Shown: positions 10,043 through 22,448 of the stretch, in pieces | Numbering within the stretch: position 1 is the first letter of the stretch | Layout of the letters: the number at the start of each line of letters is the position of its first letter | Source of the DNA: an uncultured Chloroflexia bacterium | GTDB taxonomy: Bacteria; Chloroflexota; Limnocylindria; Limnocylindrales; CSP1-4 | DNA length: 64,000 nt | Assembly (NCBI GenBank): GCA_963800275.1 | Contig: CAWDAI010000014.1 | Location: 46,745 to 110,744 of the forward strand | Direction: 5' to 3' | Program-made: the position numbers and the translations under genes | The notes under the pieces: model-generated | Databases searched by the model: none | What the model was told of the DNA's origin: nothing | What the model saw: only the letters and a program-made list of their open reading frames with translations

Positions 10043-10843
10043 TCAGGCGGCGGGCTTCTTGCCCTTGGGCCAGTAGAGCTCCTTCTTGACGTGGAACTCG
10101 GGGAAGCCCAGCTCCATGAGCCTGCCTTCGGCCTTGATGATCATCTCCGGGTTGCCGCAGAGGTACACCACCGTGTTGTCCGGGTCGAGGCCCTGTTCGG
10201 CGCAGACATCGGCGACCACGGTCTCGGCTCGCCCGCTCTTGCCGGTCCAGCCATCGTTGCGGCCCTCGCGCGGCCGCGAGATGGTAGGCACGTAGGTCAT
10301 GGGGTACGAGCCGTCACGCTCCATGGCCTCGAGCTCCTCGCGGTAGCCCAGCTCGTCCTGGTAGCTGCAACCGTGGATCATCACGGTCTTGCGCGGCTGC
10401 TCGTCGTGTTGCAGCTGCCTGGTCATGGCGATGAACGGCGCGATGCCGGTGCCGGTGGCGATGAAGAGGTGCGTGCGATCGTCGTCGGGCTCGAGCATGA
10501 AGCGGCCCTTGGGCCCGATCATGCGCATCTGGTGATCGACCGGCAGCCGCCAGAGCAGGGTGGTGAAACGCAGCACAGGCACCAGGCGCACGTAGAACTC
10601 GAAGCCCTCCTCGCCGGTGGCCTTGGGCGCGGACGCCACTGAGTACGGGCGCTGGTAGAGCTTGTCATCGGCGTAGACGCCGATGGTCATGTACTGGCCG
10701 GGCTCGAAGTCGGGCATGGGGCCGTCGGTGCGCACCCAGAAGCGGGCGAGCGAGTCGTTGTCGTCTTCGCGCTTCACAAGGGTGGCGTTGTACTTCTCCG
10801 CCGTTGGCTCGATGACGCGCGTGTCATGGAGTTGGTCGGTCAT
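10043..10843 (-). CDS. ferredoxin--NADP(+) reductase (FNR-type FAD/NAD(P)-binding oxidoreductase)
   Basis: Motifs RPYSVAS, GTGIAPF and CGNPEMI. The annotated start is MTDQLHD at 10843; the 5' extension of the tracked ORF is Pro/Arg-rich junk. Confidence 0.8.
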   Translation of the reverse strand: MTDQLHDTRVIEPTAEKYNATLVKREDDNDSLARFWVRTDGPMPDFEPGQYMTIGVYADDKLYQRPYSVASAPKATGEEGFEFYVRLVPVLRFTTLLWRLPVDHQMRMIGPKGRFMLEPDDDRTHLFIATGTGIAPFIAMTRQLQHDEQPRKTVMIHGCSYQDELGYREELEAMERDGSYPMTYVPTISRPREGRNDGWTGKSGRAETVVADVCAEQGLDPDNTVVYLCGNPEMIIKAEGRLMELGFPEFHVKKELYWPKGKKPAA

Positions 10844-11073
10844 GACCCTGAGTGTACGAGCCTGCGTCGGAAACGGTGCCGCCGGGACGGCAGGACGGGT
10901 AGGGGAGCGGGGTTCGGGGCCTGCCCGCCAGGGCCCCCTCGGCCACAGGGACTGCCCTCCGGGGGGCCGGATGGCAGTAGCCGAGCCCGGGGAGTGCTCT
11001 ATCATGCGAGATGTCCAGATACCGACGCTGCGGCACCCCATGCCCGGCACTCAACCCCGAGGTCATCTCTTCC

Positions 11074-13824
<2,751 letters not shown>

Positions 13825-13841
13825 CCCCCACCGACCTCGAC

Positions 13842-13872
13842 GGGACCCGGCTGCGATCGCAGCCGGGTCCTG
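13842..13872 (+). terminator. putative intrinsic terminator downstream of ppdK (hairpin gacccggctgc-gatc-gcagccgggtc)
   Basis: A perfect 11-bp inverted repeat 18 nt after the ppdK stop. There is no U-tract, which is common in high-GC genomes. Confidence 0.4.
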
Positions 13873-13972
13873 CTGATTCCTGCTGCACCCGCGTGGTACG
13901 GACGTCATGTATAGTCCGCGTCATGCGAAATGTCCGCACTGACAAAATGGTATCGATAGAGCGTATCGAATC

Positions 13973-14467
13973 GTGAGGCCGGCCCCCGATCACTCTGCGA
14001 CCGATGCCATCCTCGGGCACTTCGCGTCGCTGATGCGCCATGTCGCCGGCTGGCACGCCCCGGATTTCCTGGGCGTGGACGTGACCATGTCCCAGGCCAA
14101 GTGCCTCTACATCGCCTCGGTCCGCCCCGGGATCGGCATGTCGGCCATGGCCGAACAGCTGCGCGTGGGCCTCTCCGCCGTCTCGGGTCTCGTCGATCGG
14201 CTGGTCGAGCACGGCTACCTCGAGCGTCGAGAGGACCCCGCGGACCGCCGCCAGCAGCAGCTCTCGCTGACTCCGGCGGGCGAGCGCGTGGTCGAGCACA
14301 TCCGCGAGCTCAACTCCGAGCACCTGCGCACACTCCTTCGTGGTCTGAGCACGGCTGAGCTCGAAGCGCTCCGCGAGGGTATCGCTGCCCTCGACCGCCA
14401 GGCGCGCGACATCTACGAAAGCGAGCTCGGCGGAAGCGGCCTGAGCGACGAAAGGACATCTGCATGA
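13973..14467 (+). CDS. MarR family transcriptional regulator
   Basis: Winged-helix MarR signature (MSAMAEQLRVGLSAVSGLVDRLVEHGYLERREDPADRR). The stop overlaps the start of the downstream RND gene. Confidence 0.8.
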   Translation: MRPAPDHSATDAILGHFASLMRHVAGWHAPDFLGVDVTMSQAKCLYIASVRPGIGMSAMAEQLRVGLSAVSGLVDRLVEHGYLERREDPADRRQQQLSLTPAGERVVEHIRELNSEHLRTLLRGLSTAELEALREGIAALDRQARDIYESELGGSGLSDERTSA

Positions 14468-17400
14468 TCCGCCTGACCAAGTTCGCGCTCAGGGAGAAGA
14501 GCGTCATCATCCTGCTGGCCGTGGGCATCTTCCTGGCCGGTCTCTACTCCTGGAACCAGCTGCGCCAGGAGCTCATCCCGGATATCGAGCTGCCTTTCGT
14601 CACGGTCATCACGGCGCTCCCGGGCGCGGGCGCCGAGGACGTCTCGACCCAGGTCACGGAGCCCATCGAGCGGGCCATCGAGAACGTACCCCGACTCGAG
14701 ACCGTGCAGTCCAGCTCGGGCAACTCCATCTCGCTGGTCTTCGCCCAGTTCGACTTCGGTACCGACCTCAAGGAGACCCTGGCGGAGGTCGAGAGTGCGG
14801 TCGGGCAGGCGGATCTGCCCGAGAGCACCACGCCGCAGGTCAGCTCGTTCGACTTCAATGCCTCTCCCATCATCATCGCCACGCTCGCGCCGGTCGAAGG
14901 AGCGGATCCGGTCGAGGCGGCGGCCATCGCTCGCCAACAGGTCGTGCCGGCCTTGCTCGGCATCGACGGTGTCGCTACCGCGGAGCTGACCGGTGGCGCG
15001 ACCCCCATCCTGGACATCGTCCTCGATCCCGCCAAGATGGCCGACAAGGGCATCTCGCTGCAACAGGTCCAGGGCCTCCTCGCGGCCAATCAGATCACCC
15101 TGCCCTCCGGATCCATCGATGAGGGCAACCTGCGCCTGCCGGTCTCGACCGAGCACCGCTACACGTCGGTGGCGGAGCTGGAGGCCCAGATCGTGGGCGC
15201 CAGCGGGGCAGGAGCCGGGAGTGGTACCGCGGCAGGCAGTGGGTCAGCACCGGGCGGAGCCCAGCCGGCCGATGGCAGCAGCGACGGCGGCGCCGGGCAG
15301 CCGGAGGCCGGCGGCCTCGCGGCCGCGCTCGCAGCCATCCCCATGCCGGTCACCCTCGGCGAGATCGCCACCATCGAGACGCGCGACGTCAACCTCTCGG
15401 GCTATGCGCGGACCAACGGCCAGCCGTCGTTGACCGTCAGCATCACCAAGAAGTCCGGGGGCAATACCGTGGCCGTGGCTGACGAGGTCCTGGCCGTCTT
15501 CGCCGCCACCGAGAAGGACTACGGTGACGTCGTTGCCGTGTCGGTCATCCAGGACCAGTCCACCTTCATCCGTGACTCGCAGCAGGGACTGGTGCAGGAA
15601 GGCCTCCTGGGCGCCCTCTTCGCCATCTTCGTCATCTACATCTTCCTGCGCAGCGCGCGCACCACGCTGGTGGCTGCCATCAGCATCCCGCTCTCCATCA
15701 TGGGCGCGATCGCCGTCTTCGGGGTCGCCGGGCTGACCATCAACATCCTCACCCTCGGCGGTCTGGCGGTCGCCGTCGGCCGCGTGGTCGATGACTCCAT
15801 CGTGGTGCTGGAGAACATCTTCCGGCATCGCGCCCTCGGAGACGGCAAGTTCGACGCCGTGCTCAACGGCACCCGCGAGGTCGCCGGGGCCATCACCAGC
15901 TCCACCATCACGACCGTGGCCGTGTTCCTGCCCATCGGCTTCGTGGGCGGCATCGTCAGCCAGTTCTTCCTGGACTTCGGACTGGCGGTCACCTTCGCCC
16001 TGCTGGCCTCGCTCATCGTGGCCCTGACGGTCATCCCCGTGCTGGCCTACTGGTTCGTCGACAAGGTCGATCTCAAGCTCGATGAGCATGGCCAACCCGC
16101 GCCCACGATCTGGCAGAAGCTGTATACCCCGGTGCTCATCTTCGCGCTCAGCCGGCGCCTCACCAAGTGGGCCACCCTGGGCATCGCCGGCGTCCTCTTC
16201 CTGGTGGCCGTGTCCCTTGCCAGCCTGCTGCCGACGGCCTTCATCGATGCCGGCGGTGAGAACTTCGTGACGGTCACGGTCTCGCCCCCACAGGGCGCAT
16301 CGACCGCCGGCGTGCAGGAGAAGACGCTCCAGGCCGAGGACATCCTGCTGGCCAACCCCGAGGTCGAGCTGGTCCAGTCGACCATCCCTGGCGAGGCTGA
16401 CACGGGTGCCCAGGCGCAGCAGGCGGCTTTCGCTGGCCGTGCCTCCAACAGCGCAGTGCTCACCGTCAAGCTGGTCGACAGCGTCGACCTCGCGGCCGGG
16501 CGAGAGCAGATCAAGACGGACCTCGAGCCGGTGACCGCGGACGGCTTCGACGTGACCGTCTCGGAGGTCGACTTCACCGGTGCCGGTGGCGGCCTGCGGA
16601 TCGTCGTCAGCGGTCAGGACCCGGCCGAGATCAAGGCTGCCAGCGATGCCATCGCCGTCGCCCTGCAGTCGCTCGATGGCGTGGACAACGTGGCCAGCGA
16701 CGCCGTGGCGGAGGCCCCCCAGGTCACGGTCGCGGTCGATCCCAACAAGGCCGCCATGATCGGTTCGTCCACGGCCCAGATCGGCCAACACATCCGCAGT
16801 GTGCTGGTGGGTCAGCCCATCGGTACCTACGCCCTCGAGGACGGCACGGTCGCGCAGACGATCCTGCGCGTCGATGATGCCGGCATCGACGGCGTCGAGA
16901 GCCTGCGTCAGCTGCCGGTCGCCGGCAGCGTGGGCACGCTACCGCTGGGATCGGTCGCCGACGTCGAGGCCGTGAACGTTCGCGGCACCGTGACCAGGGT
17001 CGATGGCTCGCCCGCCGCGACCGTGTCCGCGGACATCACCTCGGAGGACACCGGCGCCGTCTCCATGGCCGCCCAGGAGGAGGTCGATGGGCTGATCGCC
17101 AGCGGGCAGATCCCCGCCGATACGGTGACGGTCACGTTCTCTGGTGCGACCGCGCAGATGAACCAGGCCTTCGGCAACCTCTTCTTCGCCATGGCCGTGG
17201 CCATCCTCGTGGTCTACATCGTGATGGTGCTGGCCCTGGGCTCGCTGGTGACCCCCTTCATCATCCTGTTCAGCCTGCCGCTCGCGCTCATCGGAGCCAT
17301 CCCGGCACTCCTGGTCACCGGCAACCCGCTGGGTATCAGCGCCATGATCGGCTTCCTGATGCTCATCGGCATCGTCGTGACCAACGCCATCGTGCTGCTC

Positions 17401-17721
17401 GATTTCGTGGAGCAGCTGCGATCGCAGGGGGTGCCGACCCACGCGGCCCTCGTGCGCGGCGCCAACACCCGCGTCCGGCCCATCCTGATGACGGCCACCG
17501 CCACCATCCTGGCCCTGACGCCGGTGGCGCTGGGGTTCTCCCATGGATCGATCATCGCGGCGGAGCTGGCCACGGTCGTGATCGGCGGGCTCTTCAGCTC
17601 GACGTTCCTGACCCTCATCGTGATCCCCGTGCTGTACTCGCTGGTCGACGGTGGCAAGGCCGGGTACCAGCGGCGCTTCATGCGCAGCGCGGGCGACGAG
17701 CCCGCGCCCGAGCCGGCGTAG
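14464..17721 (+). CDS. RND superfamily efflux transporter permease (AcrB/MmpL-like, 12 TM helices, two large periplasmic loops)
   Basis: 1085 aa with N- and C-terminal TM bundles (RVVDDSIVVLENIFRH) and large loops. A Gly/Ser/Ala-rich low-complexity insert lies around 15190-15330. Confidence 0.85.
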   Translation: MIRLTKFALREKSVIILLAVGIFLAGLYSWNQLRQELIPDIELPFVTVITALPGAGAEDVSTQVTEPIERAIENVPRLETVQSSSGNSISLVFAQFDFGTDLKETLAEVESAVGQADLPESTTPQVSSFDFNASPIIIATLAPVEGADPVEAAAIARQQVVPALLGIDGVATAELTGGATPILDIVLDPAKMADKGISLQQVQGLLAANQITLPSGSIDEGNLRLPVSTEHRYTSVAELEAQIVGASGAGAGSGTAAGSGSAPGGAQPADGSSDGGAGQPEAGGLAAALAAIPMPVTLGEIATIETRDVNLSGYARTNGQPSLTVSITKKSGGNTVAVADEVLAVFAATEKDYGDVVAVSVIQDQSTFIRDSQQGLVQEGLLGALFAIFVIYIFLRSARTTLVAAISIPLSIMGAIAVFGVAGLTINILTLGGLAVAVGRVVDDSIVVLENIFRHRALGDGKFDAVLNGTREVAGAITSSTITTVAVFLPIGFVGGIVSQFFLDFGLAVTFALLASLIVALTVIPVLAYWFVDKVDLKLDEHGQPAPTIWQKLYTPVLIFALSRRLTKWATLGIAGVLFLVAVSLASLLPTAFIDAGGENFVTVTVSPPQGASTAGVQEKTLQAEDILLANPEVELVQSTIPGEADTGAQAQQAAFAGRASNSAVLTVKLVDSVDLAAGREQIKTDLEPVTADGFDVTVSEVDFTGAGGGLRIVVSGQDPAEIKAASDAIAVALQSLDGVDNVASDAVAEAPQVTVAVDPNKAAMIGSSTAQIGQHIRSVLVGQPIGTYALEDGTVAQTILRVDDAGIDGVESLRQLPVAGSVGTLPLGSVADVEAVNVRGTVTRVDGSPAATVSADITSEDTGAVSMAAQEEVDGLIASGQIPADTVTVTFSGATAQMNQAFGNLFFAMAVAILVVYIVMVLALGSLVTPFIILFSLPLALIGAIPALLVTGNPLGISAMIGFLMLIGIVVTNAIVLLDFVEQLRSQGVPTHAALVRGANTRVRPILMTATATILALTPVALGFSHGSIIAAELATVVIGGLFSSTFLTLIVIPVLYSLVDGGKAGYQRRFMRSAGDEPAPEPA

Positions 17722-17776
17722 GGGAGGGGCTTTCCGGGCCCTGGCTGGGGCATGTGTCCGACCGGCCCGTCGCGTC

Positions 17777-17989
17777 TCAGCGACCGGCGGGTCGGACCAC
17801 CAGTCCCTCGAGCAGCCGCCTGGTGGCGGCGGCGACCTCGTCGACCGCTGCCTCGAAGACGGCCTCGTTCAGCCGGGAGGGCTGGCGATAGCCACTGAGC
17901 TTGCGGACGTACTGGCGGGCGGCGGCCCGCAGCTCGTCCTCGGTCGCCGGTTCGGGCCGGCCTCGCAGCGTCTTGATCGATCGGCACAT
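17777..17989 (-). CDS. DUF2277 family small protein
   Basis: MCRSIKTLRGRPEPATEDELRAAARQYVRKLSGYRQPSRLNEAVFEAAVDEVAAATRRLLEGL matches the conserved MCRNIKTL... family. It is the only meaningful part of the long tracked ORF 17777..19177. Confidence 0.6.
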   Translation of the reverse strand: MCRSIKTLRGRPEPATEDELRAAARQYVRKLSGYRQPSRLNEAVFEAAVDEVAAATRRLLEGLVVRPAGR

Positions 17990-18163
17990 GGCCGCCATGG
18001 TACCGGCCGCGGCAGTCGGTCGAGGACGCCGGCAGGATGCCCGGCTCGGCGCTAGACTCGGGCCACATCGCACTTCGGCGCGGGGTCCCTCCATGGGAGG
18101 TGTGCCCAGATCCCGTCCGGCCGTGACGAGTCGTCGCACGACCAGATAGGAGCCGTCCCCCGC

Positions 18164-19132
18164 ATGAGCCGAACGCTGGCCGGCCTGGCCGTCCTCTTCC
18201 TCCTCGTCATCATCGTGACCGGCTGCGACCTGGCAGCCGGTGCCCAGGGCGTCATCGACGAGGGCAGCCCGACGAACGCCGCCCGCAACGAGCCCGCGGC
18301 CACGCCGACCCCGCCGCCCGTCCGCCTGGCGGACCTCCTGGGCAGCGACGGCCGGCTGACCGTGCTGGTCCTCGGCAGCGACCAGCGCGACGGCGTCATC
18401 GGCACCCGCACCGATGCCATCATCGTGGCCACCATCGACCCCACCCGCGGCAAGGTGGCCATGGTCAGCCTGCCCCGCGACACCATCAACGTGCCCATCG
18501 CCCCCGGCGTGACCTACCCCGGGCGCATCAACTCGCTCTTCTGGGAATACGAGCGCGAGACGGGCAAGACGAAGAAGGCCCTGCGCAAGTTCAAGGACGC
18601 GTTGGCCTACGCCTTCGGGACGGAGATCGACTACTACGCCCTGGTCCACTTCGACGGGCTCGTCCGCCTCGTCAACAGCATCGGCGGCATCAAGGTCGCG
18701 CTCAAGGAGTCGCTGGTGGACCCGACCATGCACATCGGCAAGAAGGGGCTTCGGCTCAAGGCCGGCACTCGCCAGCTGGACGGCCGCAAGACCCTGGCCT
18801 TCTCTCGCACCCGCCACGCCGACAGCGACTACGGCCGTTCCCGGCGCCAGCAGCAGGTGCTCGTCGCTGCGACCAGCAAGGTCCGCAATCGCGGTGCCGG
18901 GCCGCTGCCCAACCTGGTCGCCATCGCGCGCAAGAAGATCACCACCGACCTGCCCCTCGACGGCGCTCCCGCGCTGCTCGAGCTGGCCGCCAGGGCCAAC
19001 CTCAAGAAGGTCAAGTCGATCGTGTTGGAGCCGGGCCGGTTCGCCCGGATCGTGCCTGGCACCTACACCATCACCCTCAGCGTGATCGAGGTCCAGAAGA
19101 TGTTCGACAAGGTCTTCAAGCCGGTCGGCTGA
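18164..19132 (+). CDS. LytR-CpsA-Psr (LCP) family cell-envelope phosphotransferase
   Basis: N-terminal TM anchor followed by an LCP core (LVLGSDQRDGVIGTRTDAIIVATIDPTRGKVAMVSLPRDT ... RTRHADSDYGRSRRQQQVL). Confidence 0.85.
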   Translation: MSRTLAGLAVLFLLVIIVTGCDLAAGAQGVIDEGSPTNAARNEPAATPTPPPVRLADLLGSDGRLTVLVLGSDQRDGVIGTRTDAIIVATIDPTRGKVAMVSLPRDTINVPIAPGVTYPGRINSLFWEYERETGKTKKALRKFKDALAYAFGTEIDYYALVHFDGLVRLVNSIGGIKVALKESLVDPTMHIGKKGLRLKAGTRQLDGRKTLAFSRTRHADSDYGRSRRQQQVLVAATSKVRNRGAGPLPNLVAIARKKITTDLPLDGAPALLELAARANLKKVKSIVLEPGRFARIVPGTYTITLSVIEVQKMFDKVFKPVG

Positions 19133-19137
19133 CACGA

Positions 19138-19173
19138 GCAAAAGCCGCCGGTCTGTCGACCGACGGCTTTTGC
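19138..19173. terminator. bidirectional intrinsic terminator (gcaaaagccgccgg-tctgtcga-ccgacggcttttgc)
   Basis: A 14-bp stem flanked by an A-tract and a T-tract, lying between the convergent LCP gene and the membrane-protein gene. Confidence 0.5.
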
Positions 19174-19224
19174 ACAAGGGGCGTGCTCGGGGTGAGCCCT
19201 GGTGGGCTCGCCCGTTCGGAGGCC

Positions 19225-19980
19225 CTAGACGGTGGCGGGCTCGTCTTCCTTACGGGCTGCGCCGCCGATCCAGACCATGGCGCCGCCGCTGACCACGAAG
19301 CCGAGGCCCATGAGTGCGGTGATGCCGACGATGCCGAAGGCCATCTGGAGGCTGGTGGCGGTGGTGGCACCGACGCCGAGCTCGGCGAAGAGGCCATGCA
19401 CGGTGCCGTTCCAGGCCAGCTCACGGGCCGGGCCGTCGAGCGGGTGCGTGCGGTTGAAGCCGGTCCAATATCGTTCGTCGACCGGGACGGTGTAGGTGCC
19501 GGCGTTGAAGATCGCGGGCTCGGCGACCGTGGACGGATCCCACTCACCGCCGTTGTAGGTCGTGGCCCCGGCGGGCGGGCTGTCGACGACCGCGCTGCCA
19601 TCCCAGTAGACCGGCTCGGTCAGGACCACGGTCTGCGAGCCGTGCAGGGTGTGGAAGGCGATGGTGGCCATCTGGTACATGTACTCGGTGGCCGTGTTGA
19701 CGATGGGATCATCGGGGTTGAGCTCGCCGTTGTCGATGGGCCACTTCCAGGTGTCACCGAGGAGCGCGAGGATGTCGCCGTCGCCTTCGCCCTGTACGAC
19801 ACCACGGTCGACCAACTTGCCGTCCTCGTTGTAGCTGAGGGTCACATCCTGGGCCTCGCTGAAGCCCTGGAGGGCGTCCGCGCCGCCCTGCATGCGCATG
19901 AACGCGTAGCCCGCTGCGCCCCAGGCGAGCAGGCCGACGATGATGAGCACGACACCGCTGATCCGCAGTCGTGAAGCCAT
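19225..19980 (-). CDS. hypothetical membrane-anchored protein (N- and C-terminal TM helices, extracytoplasmic middle)
   Basis: The ORF shows codon bias. Start is taken at MASRLRISGVVLIIVGLLAW (19980). No recognisable family. Confidence 0.5.
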   Translation of the reverse strand: MASRLRISGVVLIIVGLLAWGAAGYAFMRMQGGADALQGFSEAQDVTLSYNEDGKLVDRGVVQGEGDGDILALLGDTWKWPIDNGELNPDDPIVNTATEYMYQMATIAFHTLHGSQTVVLTEPVYWDGSAVVDSPPAGATTYNGGEWDPSTVAEPAIFNAGTYTVPVDERYWTGFNRTHPLDGPARELAWNGTVHGLFAELGVGATTATSLQMAFGIVGITALMGLGFVVSGGAMVWIGGAARKEDEPATV

Positions 19981-20330
19981 GGGTGGGGGACTCCCTTCTC
20001 TTTCTGGCCGGAGCGGCATGTCGACCGCCGGCCGTTCGTCCCGGCGCTGACTCACCTGTCTGGTGGCAGTCCTCCGGTCACTTCGGTTCTGTTAGCGACA
20101 GGATGCAGGTTCTTCGAACACCGCAGCCGTGCCATTCGGCCCGATCCGGCAGGACCGCCAGACGGTTCGCCTCAGGGTACCCTGACCGCGACGGTCGCCG
20201 TCAGGCGTGCCTGCTGGCCACGACCGCTGCCCGGTCGCCTCGGTCCGGCACAGGCATCCGCGGCGATGGTCGGGCTGGCGGATCAAGCCGGCGGATCAGG
20301 CAGGGCGGCCGCAATGACGACGGCCCTGGC

Positions 20331-20927
20331 CTATCTGACCCTCTTGCCGTAGAAGTCGACGACGATCTGCGTCTTGCGCTTGCCCAGCGAGGCCACGCCC
20401 ACGCCCACGCTGCGGAAATCTCGACTCTTGAGCTGGCGCCAGTGCCAACCGTTGTAGCGCTTCTCGTACTGCCACATGCGGACGACACGGACGATCGTGG
20501 CGCGCGGCTGGCCGTAGAAGCCACAACCCATGTTCTCGCCGTTGACGGTGTGCCTGAGCGCGACCGAGGCGAAGCGGCTGTCCACGGTCGACGCGTTGCG
20601 GGCGTGGCCGATCCAGCAGGTACGGGTGCCGTAGAACCTGACTGACTTGCGGGCCCACGGCCAGGCCACCTTGTTGCCGATCTTGCGGCTGCGCTTGAGT
20701 GGCTTCACGTACTTGGAGAAGCGGCCGCTGCCATGGCCCATGCACTTGCCGGCGCGGGTCACATAGCCACCGGTACGCAGGCAGTTGGTCAGGCGAAAGG
20801 CCAGGTCCTCCGAACCCTGCCGGCGACGCAGGTCGGCACCGTTGGCCGGGACGGCTGCCATCGTCAGCAGCAGCATGGTGAGCAGGCTGGCCACGGCGAG
20901 ATGCACGTGGGCACGGTGTTGGTTCAT
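20331..20927 (-). CDS. secreted CAP/SCP (YkwD-like) domain protein
   Basis: Signal peptide MNQHRAHVHLAVASLLTMLLLTMAAVPA. The C-terminus (GENMGCGF...WQYEKRYNGWHWRQLKSRDFRSVGVGV) resembles the CAP-domain GHY.../VGCG motifs. Confidence 0.5.
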   Translation of the reverse strand: MNQHRAHVHLAVASLLTMLLLTMAAVPANGADLRRRQGSEDLAFRLTNCLRTGGYVTRAGKCMGHGSGRFSKYVKPLKRSRKIGNKVAWPWARKSVRFYGTRTCWIGHARNASTVDSRFASVALRHTVNGENMGCGFYGQPRATIVRVVRMWQYEKRYNGWHWRQLKSRDFRSVGVGVASLGKRKTQIVVDFYGKRVR

Positions 20928-21133
20928 TCCGCAGCGCTCCGCTGCGGCACGGCCTTATTCAAACGGCGGGCCTCCGTTCCTTCCCCCGTCGTCAGGGCGC
21001 TGAGCTGGGGCTCAGTCGGCCGGGCACTGGCCATTCTTCCCTCCCGTCCGGCACGCACTGGGGTGGCTGCCAGACGACGACCCGAACACTCTAGCGCGTC
21101 ACCCCTGCCCTGTCACGCCCCGCTCTCCTGTCC

Positions 21134-22153
21134 TCAGGTCGTGACCTCGGCGACGCGCACCGGACGTCCTTCCGCCTGGCTCTGCGCACAGGCCAGGGCC
21201 AGGCGCAACGTCTCGAGCGCGTCCTCCGCTCCCGGCGTCGGTGGGCGACCCCCGCGCACCGCCTCGATGAACGCTTCCAGCTCAGCCCGGAATGCGGTCG
21301 CGAAGCGATCGGGGAAGGACTCGAAGTGATCGCCGTGGAAGCCGAAGTCGTAGCTGAAGGTGGCGGCGGTCTTTTGGGGGTCCTCGATCACTACCTTGCC
21401 GGCAGCGCCGGCGACCTCGGTGCGGATGTCATAGCCCCAGGGACTGTGGCGCGCGGTCTCGATGACGCCCATGGCCCCGTTCTCGAAGCGCAGCATGGCC
21501 AGGGCCGTGTCGAAGTCGCCGGCCTCGGCGAAGCGCGGCTCCGCGAGCACCGCGGCCCAGGCGCTGACTTCCTCCACCTCGCCCACCAGGAAGCGGGCCA
21601 GGTCCAGGTCGTGCACGGCCATGTCGAGGAAGATGCCGCCGGCACCGTGGAGGAACTCGACCGGCGGCGGGTAGGTGTCACGGGAGAGGGCCCGGAACTG
21701 CTCGATCCGACCCAGCCCGCCGGACTCGATGTGGGCCTTGGCGGCGACGTAGCCGGGGTCGAAGCGGCGCATGAAGCCGAGCTGCAGGGGCACGCCGGTC
21801 TGGCCCACGACTTCCACCACGCGCGCGGTCTCGGCCAGGTCGAGGGCGATGGGCTTCTCGCTCCAGATGGCTTTCCCGGCGCGAGCGGCAAGCTCGATGA
21901 GCTCGGCGTGGGTGCTGGTGGGCGTGACGATGACCACGGCCTCCACGCCAGGGGCAGCGATGGCCTCGCGCGGGTCGAGGAAGGATCGCTCCGCTCCTGC
22001 CAGCGCCCGCCCCGCCTCGGCCGCGGCGGGATCGGGGTCGGCCACGGCCACGATGCGTGCGTCGGGGATGGCCGCGAGGTTGCGGATGTGCGTCTGGCCC
22101 ATGCGTCCGGCGCCGAGCACCGCCACCCCCATGGGCGCTCCCACTCTGCTCAT
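21134..22153 (-). CDS. Gfo/Idh/MocA family NAD(P)-dependent oxidoreductase
   Basis: N-terminal Rossmann fold (GVAVLGAGRMGQTHIRNL) and the family's EKP motif (AIWSEKPIAL). The start is MSRVGAPMG at 22153; the upstream part of the tracked ORF is junk. Confidence 0.8.
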   Translation of the reverse strand: MSRVGAPMGVAVLGAGRMGQTHIRNLAAIPDARIVAVADPDPAAAEAGRALAGAERSFLDPREAIAAPGVEAVVIVTPTSTHAELIELAARAGKAIWSEKPIALDLAETARVVEVVGQTGVPLQLGFMRRFDPGYVAAKAHIESGGLGRIEQFRALSRDTYPPPVEFLHGAGGIFLDMAVHDLDLARFLVGEVEEVSAWAAVLAEPRFAEAGDFDTALAMLRFENGAMGVIETARHSPWGYDIRTEVAGAAGKVVIEDPQKTAATFSYDFGFHGDHFESFPDRFATAFRAELEAFIEAVRGGRPPTPGAEDALETLRLALACAQSQAEGRPVRVAEVTT

Positions 22154-22448
22154 CGCCCCAGTGTGGCGCAGGTCGGGTCCTGCGGTCCGGCGTGCGTGCG
22201 TCCCCGGCCTGCCTCGTGCGGGCCTGAACCCGGTGAATGGTGCCTCGGCGCACCACGACGGTTTCGAACGGGTCACAAACGGGTGCTGGCCACGCTCGCC
22301 ACAGAGGATCGGTGTCGCCGAGCGTGGCGTGGGTTGGTATCCTGCGCCGACGCGGCGCACCGAGGAGGTCGTCGCGCGGGACGTGTCGGGGGCTCCCTGG
22401 TCGGGGTCGCCCGGCGCCCCGTGGAACCAGCAGCAGGAGGACACGATC

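Noticed and set aside
13947-13972. Imperfect palindrome ATCGATA-gagcg-TATCGAA abutting the marR start as a MarR operator
   Set aside because: One mismatch, and it overlaps the expected ribosome-binding region. Plausible but too weak to call; it is mentioned only as a candidate.
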